Origin: a phage
DNA: 64,000 nt
Reading direction: 5' to 3' (one strand)
Sequence record: PZ445453.1
The first letter of the stretch is position 1; every line of letters starts with the position of its first letter. This document shows positions 47,907-55,194 of this stretch, one piece after another. Below the pieces are notes generated by a model, which did no database searches, was not told where the DNA came from, and worked only from the letters and a program-made list of their open reading frames with translations. The translations under genes were made by a program, and so were the position numbers.

Positions 47907-49640
47907 ATGAATATTTTTGCACCTTTTGCTACTGATTGGTATAAACCTGGTCACAAGCAGATGTACAACCAAAATACAAAACTCATTTTCTCTAATTTAA
48001 CTCCTCGTAATGATAAAAACTTTGCACACTATGCAGATCGTGAAGCACGTGGTGTCATTGTTTTAGGTATTCGTCGAGCAGTAACCGATGCTCTTGTAAC
48101 TATGTGGGACGGCTTCTTTAAAATGTCTCGTAGTGCAGCAGTAAATAAATTTTATCGTATGTCTAAGAATGCATTAGGTGCTTCTGCTCCTTCTGCTGAG
48201 TGTTGGGGTGAATTGCACGATTTAGGTTATCTTCCGCTGGAAGTTCGATCTCTGCCGGAAGGTGTTTTGTGTCCTATTGGTGTTCCTGTGTTTACTGTGC
48301 ATAATACTTTAGAAAAATTCTTTTGGTTAACTAACTATGTGGAAACACTGTTGTCAGATGAAACTTGGAAGACAATGACTAATGCCACAGCAGCTTTTCA
48401 GTATAAGCGTATCGCTATGGCATATGCGATGGCAACGTGTGATAATATTGATCACGTTAACTTCCAGTGTCATGATTTTAGCCTACGTGGTTTAAGCAAT
48501 ATCGAAGATGGTTATAAGAGTGGTATCGCTCATTTGGCATCTTTCACAGGAACAGATAATATTCTGGCTATTGAAACTGTGCATGATTATTATGGTATTG
48601 ATTATGATCAGTTTGTTGCAGGTTCTATTCCGGCAACAGAACATTCAGTAGCAACAACTAACATTGGAGCTATTGTTGAAGATCTGAAGAAACATTTCCC
48701 ACATCTTAAAGATGATGTAGATGGGCTTCGTTATGTAGCAGAAAAAGAGTTTCTTCGTCGTTATATCGAAGAAATTGTTCCAGAAGGTTTTTGTTCATAT
48801 GTAGCAGACTCTTATGACTATTGGGCTGTATTGACTCGCATTCTGGTAGAATTGAAAGATTCCATTATGTCACGAAATGGTCGTCTTGTTATTCGTCCAG
48901 ATTCAGGAGATCCGGTTAAAGTTGTTGCAGGATACAATGTTGAATCTTTTGATAACTATGAAGACCTCTTAAATAATGGTATTGCGACAGCCACTGAAGT
49001 AGTTCATTTGGCTGATGTTAATAAGTATTACAATGTTCTTCAGGATTGCAGCGTTGCTGATTGTATTGACGAAACTTATGAGATTCCTTATTGTGAAGCA
49101 GTAGGTTCTATTCAAATCCTTTGGGAAGTGTTTGGTGGTACTATCAACCGAAAAGGCTACAAGGTTCTTGATCAGCATATCGGTATGATTTATGGCGATT
49201 CTATTACTGTTGAACGAGAACACGAAATCTTACGCCGACTGAAGAAGAAAGGTTTTGCAGCTTCCAATATTGTATTTGGTGTTGGTAGTTATACTTATCA
49301 GTTCAATACACGAGATACTTTTGGTTTTGCTGTTAAAGCAACAGGTAGTATTATCGGTGAACACGAGATTTTGGTAAGTAAAGAGCCTAAAACTGATCCT
49401 GGTAAACGCTCTGCAAAAGGTTTTATTAAGGTTGTTAAGGATGCCAATGGTAATCTCTCTCTTGTAGATAATCTTTCTTTTAAAGATATCCAGGATGAAG
49501 ACAATGAATTACAAGTTATCTTCAAGGATGGTAAGGTTATTATACCACAAGTAGAAGGACGTGATGAAACATTCACTGATATCCGCAACCGTGTTGACGT
49601 AGAGGTTCTTCGTACTATGGGAACCATCCAGGTTGACTAA
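47907..49640 (+). CDS. nadV: nicotinamide phosphoribosyltransferase (Nampt)
   Basis: N-terminal TDWYKPGHKQMY resembles Nampt DSYKVTHYKQYP; SFTGTDN block. Confidence 0.88.
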   Translation: MNIFAPFATDWYKPGHKQMYNQNTKLIFSNLTPRNDKNFAHYADREARGVIVLGIRRAVTDALVTMWDGFFKMSRSAAVNKFYRMSKNALGASAPSAECWGELHDLGYLPLEVRSLPEGVLCPIGVPVFTVHNTLEKFFWLTNYVETLLSDETWKTMTNATAAFQYKRIAMAYAMATCDNIDHVNFQCHDFSLRGLSNIEDGYKSGIAHLASFTGTDNILAIETVHDYYGIDYDQFVAGSIPATEHSVATTNIGAIVEDLKKHFPHLKDDVDGLRYVAEKEFLRRYIEEIVPEGFCSYVADSYDYWAVLTRILVELKDSIMSRNGRLVIRPDSGDPVKVVAGYNVESFDNYEDLLNNGIATATEVVHLADVNKYYNVLQDCSVADCIDETYEIPYCEAVGSIQILWEVFGGTINRKGYKVLDQHIGMIYGDSITVEREHEILRRLKKKGFAASNIVFGVGSYTYQFNTRDTFGFAVKATGSIIGEHEILVSKEPKTDPGKRSAKGFIKVVKDANGNLSLVDNLSFKDIQDEDNELQVIFKDGKVIIPQVEGRDETFTDIRNRVDVEVLRTMGTIQVD

Positions 49641-49711
49641 ATAAAAACTTCGTGATAAGATTAAGGTAAGGAGAGCCTGCAACTGCCCTGGATGGGCTTC
49701 ACGAAGGATTT

Positions 49712-49933
49712 ATGAAACAACATAATTTTTATTTTCGTTGCCGAGCCTGTAACAGACACTTGACTAATCATTCCCGTAGAGACAGGAATGGTAATATTCA
49801 AGAGTCGGATCTATGCTCGATTTGTACAAGTTTGGCATTCGACGACAGTCCCGAAAGGGTTTATCAACATCAAAGTGTAACTGATCTTCTTCTAAATTAC
49901 ACAGCACCAGAGGAGGAATTAGATTTCACATAA
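49712..49933 (+). CDS. small zinc-ribbon protein
   Basis: CRACNRH...CSIC. Confidence 0.5.
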   Translation: MKQHNFYFRCRACNRHLTNHSRRDRNGNIQESDLCSICTSLAFDDSPERVYQHQSVTDLLLNYTAPEEELDFT

Positions 49934-50053
49934 TTAAGGAAACAGTATGTCTACAGAAATTATTTTTGGCTTATCTGTTTTTATTGCTCTTGTATCTTTT
50001 GTATGCGGTTATACATTAGGTTACAGATCAAGAAAAAATATTGTAAAAACTAG

Positions 50054-50083
50054 TTGACAACATAGCTAGTTATTTGCTAAGAT
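50054..50083 (+). promoter_or_regulatory. sigma70-like promoter TTGACA-N18-TAAGAT
   Basis: Read upstream of 50114 ORF. Confidence 0.5.
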
Positions 50084-50113
50084 AAGCCCAAGTTAAACAA
50101 AAAGGAGAAAACT

Positions 50114-50380
50114 ATGACAGAACGTACTTATGGTAAAGAATTGATTGAGAAGCACGTATTGATTGATAATAAAGGTGGAGCAATCTTTATTTTTGAACCT
50201 GAATCAGTTCTTACTGAAAACGAAAATGGTAGCGTTAGCCTTAAAACAGAAAGTTTGGTAATTGACTTCCTTGCTCTTCTGGATGAAATGGGGCTTCCTC
50301 ACGAAGAAGAAGCAGCTATTGCTTTGATTACAGTTCTTCTGGAGAAACGCGAAGCTGGTGAAATGACCCAGTATGCTTAA
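50114..50380 (+). CDS. hypothetical protein
   Basis: 88-aa ORF with AAGGAG RBS. Confidence 0.5.
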   Translation: MTERTYGKELIEKHVLIDNKGGAIFIFEPESVLTENENGSVSLKTESLVIDFLALLDEMGLPHEEEAAIALITVLLEKREAGEMTQYA

Positions 50381-50387
50381 TATTCAA

Positions 50388-50463
50388 GGTTCCATAGCTC
50401 ACTGACGAGAGCGCACACCTCATAAGTGTCGAGGGCAGGGATTGTAACCCTGGGGAACCACCA
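50388..50463 (+). tRNA. tRNA-Met/Ile2-type (anticodon CAT), non-canonical T-loop
   Basis: Acceptor GGTTCCA/GGGAACC, D-stem GCTC/GAGC, anticodon loop CTCATAA, T-stem CAGGG/CCCTG with loop ATTGTAA, encoded CCA. Confidence 0.5.
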
Positions 50464-50494
50464 TTTAAAAGGAGGTGCTATGCATCTCCTATAT

Positions 50495-50580
50495 GCAAGT
50501 GTGGTGGAATTGGTGATACACATTGTGCTTAAAACGCAACGCTTAAATGATTGAGGGTTCGAATCCCTCCACTTGCACCA
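50495..50580 (+). tRNA. tRNA-Leu (anticodon TAA), type II
   Basis: Perfect 7-bp acceptor, anticodon stem TTGTG/CGCAA loop CTTAAAA, 13-nt variable arm, T-arm GAGGG-TTCGAAT-CCCTC, CCA. Confidence 0.75.
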
Positions 50581-50621
50581 ATCTAGGCTTCAATTTAAAT
50601 AATATTTTTAGTAAAAATATC

Positions 50622-50650
50622 TTGACATCTACTTAGTTTTTTGTTATAGT
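50622..50650 (+). promoter_or_regulatory. sigma70-like promoter TTGACA-N17-TATAGT
   Basis: Read upstream of tRNA-like gene at 50662. Confidence 0.55.
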
Positions 50651-50661
50651 TATTGTGAAAA

Positions 50662-50743
50662 CGGGGTGTATCTCACCTGACTTCTAATCAGGCGTTAACC
50701 GAGTAATTGGAGTATGCAGGTTCGAATCCTGTCACCCCGACCA
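50662..50743 (+). tRNA. tRNA-like gene with Arg(TCT) anticodon arm, atypical
   Basis: Acceptor CGGGGTG/CACCCCG, T-arm GCAGG-TTCGAAT-CCTGT and CCA are canonical, but only 7 nt separate acceptor from anticodon stem and a 23-nt variable region follows. Confidence 0.4.
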
Positions 50744-50761
50744 AAAAGTTTTAAAAACTAC

Positions 50762-50791
50762 TTGACAAGCAAGATAGTTTTATGTTAGAGT
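50762..50791 (+). promoter_or_regulatory. promoter TTGACA-N18-(TG)-TAGAGT
   Basis: cTTGACAagcaagatagttttaTGtTAGAGT. Confidence 0.45.
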
Positions 50792-50806
50792 TAAAATATG
50801 ATAACG

Positions 50807-50896
50807 GGAAGGTAGGGCGCAGCGGTGCGCAACCAGGTTTGAACCCTGGCCCATTGTAGCGATACGGTGATGGTTCGACTCCATTATCTTCCTCCA
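50807..50896 (+). tRNA. tRNA-Ser (anticodon TGA), type II
   Basis: Acceptor GGAAGGT/ATCTTCC, anticodon stem CCAGG/CCTGG loop TTTGAAC, long variable arm, T-loop TTCGACT, CCA. Confidence 0.7.
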
Positions 50897-50941
50897 AATT
50901 CAATTAGTAACAGATTCAGGTTGTTTTGAATAATTAAAAAC

Positions 50942-51027
50942 GGTAGATTGGTGAAATGGTAGCCACAACAGTTTGCTAAACTGTCGTCGGAAACGGCGTG
51001 TAGGTTCAAGTCCTACATCTACCGCCA
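50942..51027 (+). tRNA. tRNA-Ser (anticodon GCT), type II
   Basis: Acceptor GGTAGAT/ATCTACC, anticodon stem ACAGT/ACTGT loop TTGCTAA, variable hairpin, T-arm GTAGG-TTCAAGT-CCTAC, CCA. Confidence 0.75.
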
Positions 51028-51166
51028 AGTTATCTTTAATGTAGCTTGTACTCTTACTTTAGCAGAGTAAATCTTCGGCAAGTGGCAGTAACCACTTTAC
51101 CGATATCCCATAGTCAAGTGCCGCAAACACTGGCTATTTTAAAGATAATTTATACGAGGAGGATGT

Positions 51167-51547
51167 ATGCCAAGTAATGATTATATGCGGGAATACATGA
51201 AAACTCGGTGGCAGAAGCGAAGAGCTTCCGCAATCCTCCAGCTTGGAGGTAAATGTGTTAATTGTGGGTCTGTAGATGACTTGGAATTTGATCATAAAGA
51301 TTCAAGCGAGAAGAAGTTTTATATTAGTCGAATGAGTTCATGTTCGGAGGCTAAATGGCAAGAAGAACTTGCCAAATGTCAACTTTTGTGTCATGCTTGT
51401 CACATGAAGAAGACAAGAATTTCCCAAGACATGGGAAACAGAATTAGAACCACGGTGTGTGTTTGCGGAGCAGTATTCCATAGTACAAAGGCTTATGCTG
51501 GACATACACGGTGGTGTAAAGAGTATGCATCGTTAGCCAAGCGGTAA
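51167..51547 (+). CDS. HNH homing-type endonuclease inside tRNA cluster
   Basis: CVNCGS...EFDHKD...LLCHACH; last 21 nt overlap the start of tRNA-Lys. Confidence 0.7.
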   Translation: MPSNDYMREYMKTRWQKRRASAILQLGGKCVNCGSVDDLEFDHKDSSEKKFYISRMSSCSEAKWQEELAKCQLLCHACHMKKTRISQDMGNRIRTTVCVCGAVFHSTKAYAGHTRWCKEYASLAKR

Positions 51548-51601
51548 GGCACTTGACTTTTAATCAAGGGAGCGAAGGTTCGAATCCTTCACGATGTACC
51601 A
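51527..51601 (+). tRNA. tRNA-Lys (anticodon TTT)
   Basis: Acceptor GCATCGT/ACGATGT, anticodon stem CTTGA/TCAAG loop CTTTTAA, T-arm GAAGG-TTCGAAT-CCTTC, CCA. Confidence 0.75.
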
Positions 51602-51606
51602 AACAC

Positions 51607-51693
51607 GTAGGTATCGCATAGCGGCAATTGCTGGAGACTGTAAATCTCTTGCCCTTCGGGGCTTCGTTGGTTCGAGTCCAACTACCTGCACCA
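51607..51693 (+). tRNA. tRNA-Tyr (anticodon GTA), type II
   Basis: Acceptor GTAGGTA/TACCTGC, anticodon stem GGAGA/TCTCT loop CTGTAAA, long variable arm, T-loop TTCGAGT, CCA. Confidence 0.7.
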
Positions 51694-51700
51694 AATTAAA

Positions 51701-51785
51701 GATGGATTGGCCTAGTGGTTGGGCGACGGACTGTTAATCCGTGAACGAAAGTTCTAGCAAGGTTCAAATCCTTGATCCATCGCCA
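51701..51785 (+). tRNA. tRNA-Asn (anticodon GTT) with unusually long variable arm
   Basis: Perfect acceptor GATGGAT/ATCCATC, anticodon stem ACGGA/TCCGT loop CTGTTAA, ~15-nt variable hairpin GAAC-GAAA-GTTC, T-arm CAAGG-TTCAAAT-CCTTG, CCA. Confidence 0.6.
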
Positions 51786-51864
51786 AATAGTGCTTGTAGA
51801 GTTAATAGAAACCTCTAGAATTTTCTAGAATTGTAGGTATCAAATCCTACCAAGCAAATATTTT

Positions 51865-51939
51865 GCTCCTATCGTATAACGGCTATTACGGTTGCCTTGT
51901 AAGCAACTTATCAGGGTTCGAGTCCTTGTGGGAGCACCA
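51865..51939 (+). tRNA. tRNA-Thr (anticodon TGT)
   Basis: Acceptor GCTCCTA/TGGGAGC, anticodon stem GTTGC/GCAAC loop CTTGTAA, T-loop TTCGAGT, CCA. Confidence 0.75.
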
Positions 51940-51962
51940 ATTTTAACTCTAAAGGAGTATAT

Positions 51963-52286
51963 GTGACAGAAAAAGAGTTAGAGAAATATTTTAATATCAA
52001 TGTTTTCGATGGTTTTGATGACATTGAAGATGTTGAAAGATATTATGAAGTAGAGTTAGATAAGGATAACATTGTAATTCTTTCTGCCACTTATGATTGT
52101 GCATATTATGAAGGTGAATCTCACGTTTATTTTTATGATATGAAAACATCTTTGTTTTATGAAGTACACGCATATCATTGTTCTTGTTATGGCTTAGAAG
52201 GTCAGTGGGAACCTGAAGAAATAGGTGATTTGGACTTCACTGTTGCATATCTAAACAGACGTGGTGCATCTACTATTTTAAAATAA
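51963..52286 (+). CDS. hypothetical protein inside tRNA cluster
   Basis: 107-aa ORF with AAGGAG RBS. Confidence 0.5.
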   Translation: MTEKELEKYFNINVFDGFDDIEDVERYYEVELDKDNIVILSATYDCAYYEGESHVYFYDMKTSLFYEVHAYHCSCYGLEGQWEPEEIGDLDFTVAYLNRRGASTILK

Positions 52287-52300
52287 ATATCAAAAGCCTC

Positions 52301-52330
52301 TTGACAAAGGGGCTAATAATATGTTAGAGT
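52301..52330 (+). promoter_or_regulatory. promoter TTGACA-N18-(TG)-TAGAGT
   Basis: cTTGACAaaggggctaataataTGtTAGAGT upstream of tRNA-Gly. Confidence 0.45.
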
Positions 52331-52341
52331 AATATTGTTAA

Positions 52342-52416
52342 GCGGGTATAGTGTTAATGGTAGCATATGAGGTTTCCACCCTCCAGGTGCAGGTTCAAGT
52401 CCTGTTACTCGCTCCA
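52342..52416 (+). tRNA. tRNA-Gly (anticodon TCC)
   Basis: Acceptor GCGGGTA/TACTCGC, anticodon loop TTTCCAC, T-arm GCAGG-TTCAAGT-CCTGT, CCA. Confidence 0.65.
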
Positions 52417-52515
52417 AGATTATTTAAATGGAATCGCTAGAGAAAATTTCTCTTTTCGCTCATGGTTTTCTCCTTCAAACTCTAGCGGTTCTTTTTAAGT
52501 GATTTTTAGTTTTAT

Positions 52516-52590
52516 TGGAGATTAGCCTAGTGGGAAGGCAACGGCCTTTGAAGTCGTGATGACTAGGTTCGATTCCTAGATCTCCAGCCA
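52516..52590 (+). tRNA. tRNA-Gln (anticodon TTG)
   Basis: U1-A72 acceptor TGGAGAT/ATCTCCA, anticodon stem ACGGC/GTCGT loop CTTTGAA, T-arm CTAGG-TTCGATT-CCTAG, CCA. Confidence 0.75.
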
Positions 52591-52597
52591 AGATTTA

Positions 52598-52673
52598 CAG
52601 TGCGTAGCGCAGTTGGTAGCGTGGGAGCTTTGGACGCTTCAGGTCGCAGGTTCGAGTCCTGCCGCACTGACCA
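52598..52673 (+). tRNA. tRNA-Pro (anticodon TGG)
   Basis: Acceptor CAGTGCG/CGCACTG, D-arm GCGC-AGTTGGTA-GCGT, anticodon loop TTTGGAC, T-arm GCAGG-TTCGAGT-CCTGC, CCA. Confidence 0.78.
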
Positions 52674-52678
52674 AATTT

Positions 52679-52753
52679 GCAGAGATAGCTGAGACGGATT
52701 AGTGCTACCCTGAAAAGGTAGAAAGGATGGATCGTTACCATCTCTCTGCACCA
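52679..52753 (+). tRNA. tRNA-Phe (anticodon GAA), atypical T-loop
   Basis: Acceptor GCAGAGA/TCTCTGC, anticodon stem CTACC/GGTAG loop CTGAAAA, T-arm GATGG-ATCGTTA-CCATC, CCA. Confidence 0.65.
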
Positions 52754-52830
52754 AATAACACCATCCAAGGAGTAGACTTGGTTAACTGTCAATAGCACAT
52801 TGAGGCTTCTTACAGTGGTGTACTTATTAT

Positions 52831-52915
52831 GGCTAAGTGGTGGAATGGTATACACGATACGCTTAGAACGTATTGCCCCAAGGGATTGTGAGTTCGAGTC
52901 TCACCTTAGCTACCA
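52831..52915 (+). tRNA. tRNA-Leu (anticodon TAG), type II
   Basis: Acceptor GGCTAAG/CTTAGCT, anticodon stem ATACG/CGTAT loop CTTAGAA, 14-nt variable arm, T-arm GTGAG-TTCGAGT-CTCAC, CCA. Confidence 0.75.
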
Positions 52916-53003
52916 TATCTAAGAGATATCATAGGGTTTGCAACGGATATCTACCGTCCTGTTAAGGATACCACGCCAAGACGGGTTATAAAGGGTTAGC
53001 CAT

Positions 53004-53079
53004 TGATAGTGTGAAGCTGGCGTTTCGAGTGCTTTCATAAGGCATTGCGAGAAGAGTTCGATTCTCTTACTATCAACCA
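53004..53079 (+). tRNA. tRNA with CAT anticodon (Met or Ile2-lysidine type)
   Basis: Acceptor TGATAGT/ACTATCA, anticodon loop TTCATAA, T-arm AAGAG-TTCGATT-CTCTT, CCA. Confidence 0.55.
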
Positions 53080-53094
53080 AATTACTACAGATTG

Positions 53095-53173
53095 CGCGGG
53101 ATAGAGGAGTCTGGTCGTCCTCGCCAGTTTCATATGCTGGAGATCGTAGGTTCAAATCCTACTCCCGCCTCCA
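53095..53173 (+). tRNA. tRNA with CAT anticodon and unpaired 1:72
   Basis: Acceptor CGCGGGA/TCCCGCC with C1xC72 mismatch, D-stem GAGG/CCTC, anticodon stem CCAGT/GCTGG loop TTCATAT, T-arm GTAGG-TTCAAAT-CCTAC, CCA. Confidence 0.55.
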
Positions 53174-53231
53174 ATAAATACCTCCCTTCTGGTGTAATGA
53201 TTAAGTTACATTGACACTTCAAGGAACTCAT

Positions 53232-53314
53232 AGCCGGGTAGATTTAAAAGAGTATGGTACTCAATATGGCTCCAAACCATAGATCAAGGGGTTCGATTCC
53301 TCACCTTGCTGCCA
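53232..53314 (+). tRNA. tRNA-Trp (anticodon CCA); 5' boundary uncertain
   Basis: Perfect anticodon arm TATGG-CTCCAAA-CCATA (53265-53281), T-loop TTCGATT, 3' acceptor CCTTGCT + G + CCA; best 5' partner AGCCGGG at 53232 implies ~7 extra nt in D region. Confidence 0.45.
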
Positions 53315-53319
53315 ATTAT

Positions 53320-53395
53320 TGTGGTATCGTACAGATGGTTAGTACACTCGACCGATAATCGAGAAACAACGGTTCGACTCCGTTTACCACGACCA
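53320..53395 (+). tRNA. tRNA-Ile (anticodon GAT)
   Basis: Acceptor TGTGGTA/TACCACG, D-arm GTAC-AGATGGTTA-GTAC, anticodon stem CTCGA/TCGAG loop CCGATAA, T-arm AACGG-TTCGACT-CCGTT, CCA. Confidence 0.7.
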
Positions 53396-53506
53396 AACTC
53401 CGTGCCAGCGGTGTCTTCGAAGAACAAGCCTAGTTCCTTCTGAGATGGAGGGGTGCGACTCCTTAACGCACATACTACTACTACTAAATACTTATCAGGA
53501 GATATT

Positions 53507-53776
53507 ATGTATACTTTAAAAGTAATTCGCAAGTTTCCTCAAGAAGAGGAAGTAAGAATTTATAACACTGTACCATTCGTAGTAAATGAAGAAGAATTCT
53601 TTTATTGCTTAGAAGATGAAGTGATTATTCAATATCATTGGGAAGGTTATGACAGACCAGATGGTGTTGTAGCTTCTGTGATTGCTGGTGAAAGAGTGTT
53701 ATTCATTCACAAAACTGAATCAGCATATTTAATGAATGATAAAGGACAAACTGTTAAAGTAATTAACAGACCATAA
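53507..53776 (+). CDS. hypothetical protein
   Basis: Start set to ATG 53507 after CAGGAG; followed by terminator. Confidence 0.5.
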   Translation: MYTLKVIRKFPQEEEVRIYNTVPFVVNEEEFFYCLEDEVIIQYHWEGYDRPDGVVASVIAGERVLFIHKTESAYLMNDKGQTVKVINRP

Positions 53777-53788
53777 AGAATTTTATAA

Positions 53789-53812
53789 AAGCCTCCTTTT
53801 TGGAGGTTTTTT
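53789..53812 (+). terminator. intrinsic terminator
   Basis: CCTCC-TTTTT-GGAGG hairpin then T-run. Confidence 0.65.
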
Positions 53813-53882
53813 ATTATCTATAAAATAAAGATCTTTACAAAACGTATAAAATATGTTATCCTTAAGTAAGGAGGTGCATATT

Positions 53883-54173
53883 ATGCCTAAATTGAAAAGA
53901 GGTCGAGGTAGACCTACAGCCGAAATGCAACAGATTTATGCTATGGATGCTGCACAGGCGCAAGTAAAAGAAATTTTTGCTGGTCGTTATTTAGATGCTA
54001 TGCGTTACATTGCAGATCTTGTTGTAGATGAAAAGGCTTCTGCTAATATTAAGTTGACTGCTTCTAAGATCATCAAAGAACAAGTAGAAGAATGGCTGGA
54101 AGAACATTATGAATCTATGGAAGAAGAAGATATTCTTCCAGAAAATTCTCCCCCTCAAAAAATCGTTATCTAA
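53883..54173 (+). CDS. DNA-binding protein with AT-hook (candidate small terminase)
   Basis: Start at ATG 53883 after AAGGAGG; N-terminal MPKLKRGRGRPT; upstream of large terminase. Confidence 0.4.
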   Translation: MPKLKRGRGRPTAEMQQIYAMDAAQAQVKEIFAGRYLDAMRYIADLVVDEKASANIKLTASKIIKEQVEEWLEEHYESMEEEDILPENSPPQKIVI

Positions 54174-54218
54174 TTCTCCTCTCTTGGGAACTTTGTTCCC
54201 CCTCTCCTTGTTAATTAA

Positions 54219-54250
54219 CACCCCTTTCCGAAAGGTTAGGGGGTTTTTTA
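54219..54250 (+). terminator. intrinsic terminator
   Basis: CCCCTTTCC-GAAA-GGTTAGGGGG hairpin then TTTTTTATTT. Confidence 0.6.
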
Positions 54251-54519
54251 TTTATACCTATTGCTTTTATATATGTTTTTATGATATGATTAATACAGGA
54301 GGACTATAAAATGAGAAACTATGTAGCTAAACACGATTTCAATAGGGCTTCTTATCACAGAGATAAGAAGAACGGTTATTCGCGTAAATGGGATCTGGAG
54401 GAAGAGTTAGATTATGATTACAGAAGAACAATGGAAGGAGATTTTGGAGAATGCACAACCGATGGTAGTGAAGAAGATAGTTAATAATTCACCAAGTCTC
54501 CCTAAAGTAAAATTTAAAG

Positions 54520-54951
54520 ATGATGATACTGACTATGTTAATAAACCTACTGAAGAATAAATGGGTTAGGTATCTTGTTCTTATTATAGCACTGTTTAGT
54601 GGTTTGTATATTGGTTTAAACAAATTACACGACGATGTGTATACACAAGGCTACAACGCAGGTGTTGCTAAACAAGAACAAATATTACAGCAAAACCAAA
54701 TTAAAGCAAAACAGCAATTCGATATCTTACAAGCAAAAGCAGATTCAGAAAGATCTAAGTTGAATGAAAAAATTCATTCATTAACGAAAGAAAGAAATGA
54801 TCTTCTTACACAACTGGATAAGAAGAGTAATAACATAACACAAGAGAGAATAGATTATGCGAAAACATCTTCTGGCGCTATGTCTTGTTTTAGCCCTAAT
54901 GATGACGGGTTGCGCATCATCAACAACAGCTTCCCAGCCTCTGCTGATTGA
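54520..54951 (+). CDS. Rz-like inner-membrane spanin (i-spanin)
   Basis: N-terminal TM helix followed by long coiled coil, 143 aa. Confidence 0.55.
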   Translation: MMILTMLINLLKNKWVRYLVLIIALFSGLYIGLNKLHDDVYTQGYNAGVAKQEQILQQNQIKAKQQFDILQAKADSERSKLNEKIHSLTKERNDLLTQLDKKSNNITQERIDYAKTSSGAMSCFSPNDDGLRIINNSFPASAD

Positions 54952-55186
54952 GCAGTGTAAAGCCATAGCAACACAACAAATTAAAGCCCCTGATTCTGTC
55001 AGTATGGAGAAACCATCTACCCCTGTTTTATATACTCCTAATCAAATAAAGAAAGGAGTTACAAGATCAGAGGTAGTTGATAATCAAACTTTAAACAACG
55101 CTTTGTGGGAAAAAGATAGGATAAAACTTATCAGTTTGCAAAATTATATTAAAACATTACAAAGTGAAGGAATAATTTCTAATTAG
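54857..55186 (+). CDS. Rz1-like outer-membrane lipoprotein spanin (o-spanin)
   Basis: MRKHLLALCLVLALMMTGC lipobox; starts in alternate frame inside the 3' end of the Rz-like gene. Confidence 0.55.
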   Translation: MRKHLLALCLVLALMMTGCASSTTASQPLLIEQCKAIATQQIKAPDSVSMEKPSTPVLYTPNQIKKGVTRSEVVDNQTLNNALWEKDRIKLISLQNYIKTLQSEGIISN

Positions 55187-55194
55187 GAGGAGAT

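Noticed and set aside
53396-53506. Possible extra tRNA after tRNA-Ile (T-loop-like GGGTGCGACTCC)
   Set aside because: No 5-7-5 anticodon arm or complementary acceptor strand could be folded; more likely a hairpin or leader of the next gene.
52563-53532. Minus-strand ORFs 52563-52754, 52595-52855, 52919-53155 and 53284-53532 from the ORF track
   Set aside because: They lie antisense across canonical tRNA genes with encoded CCA ends and have no RBS; treated as chance ORFs.
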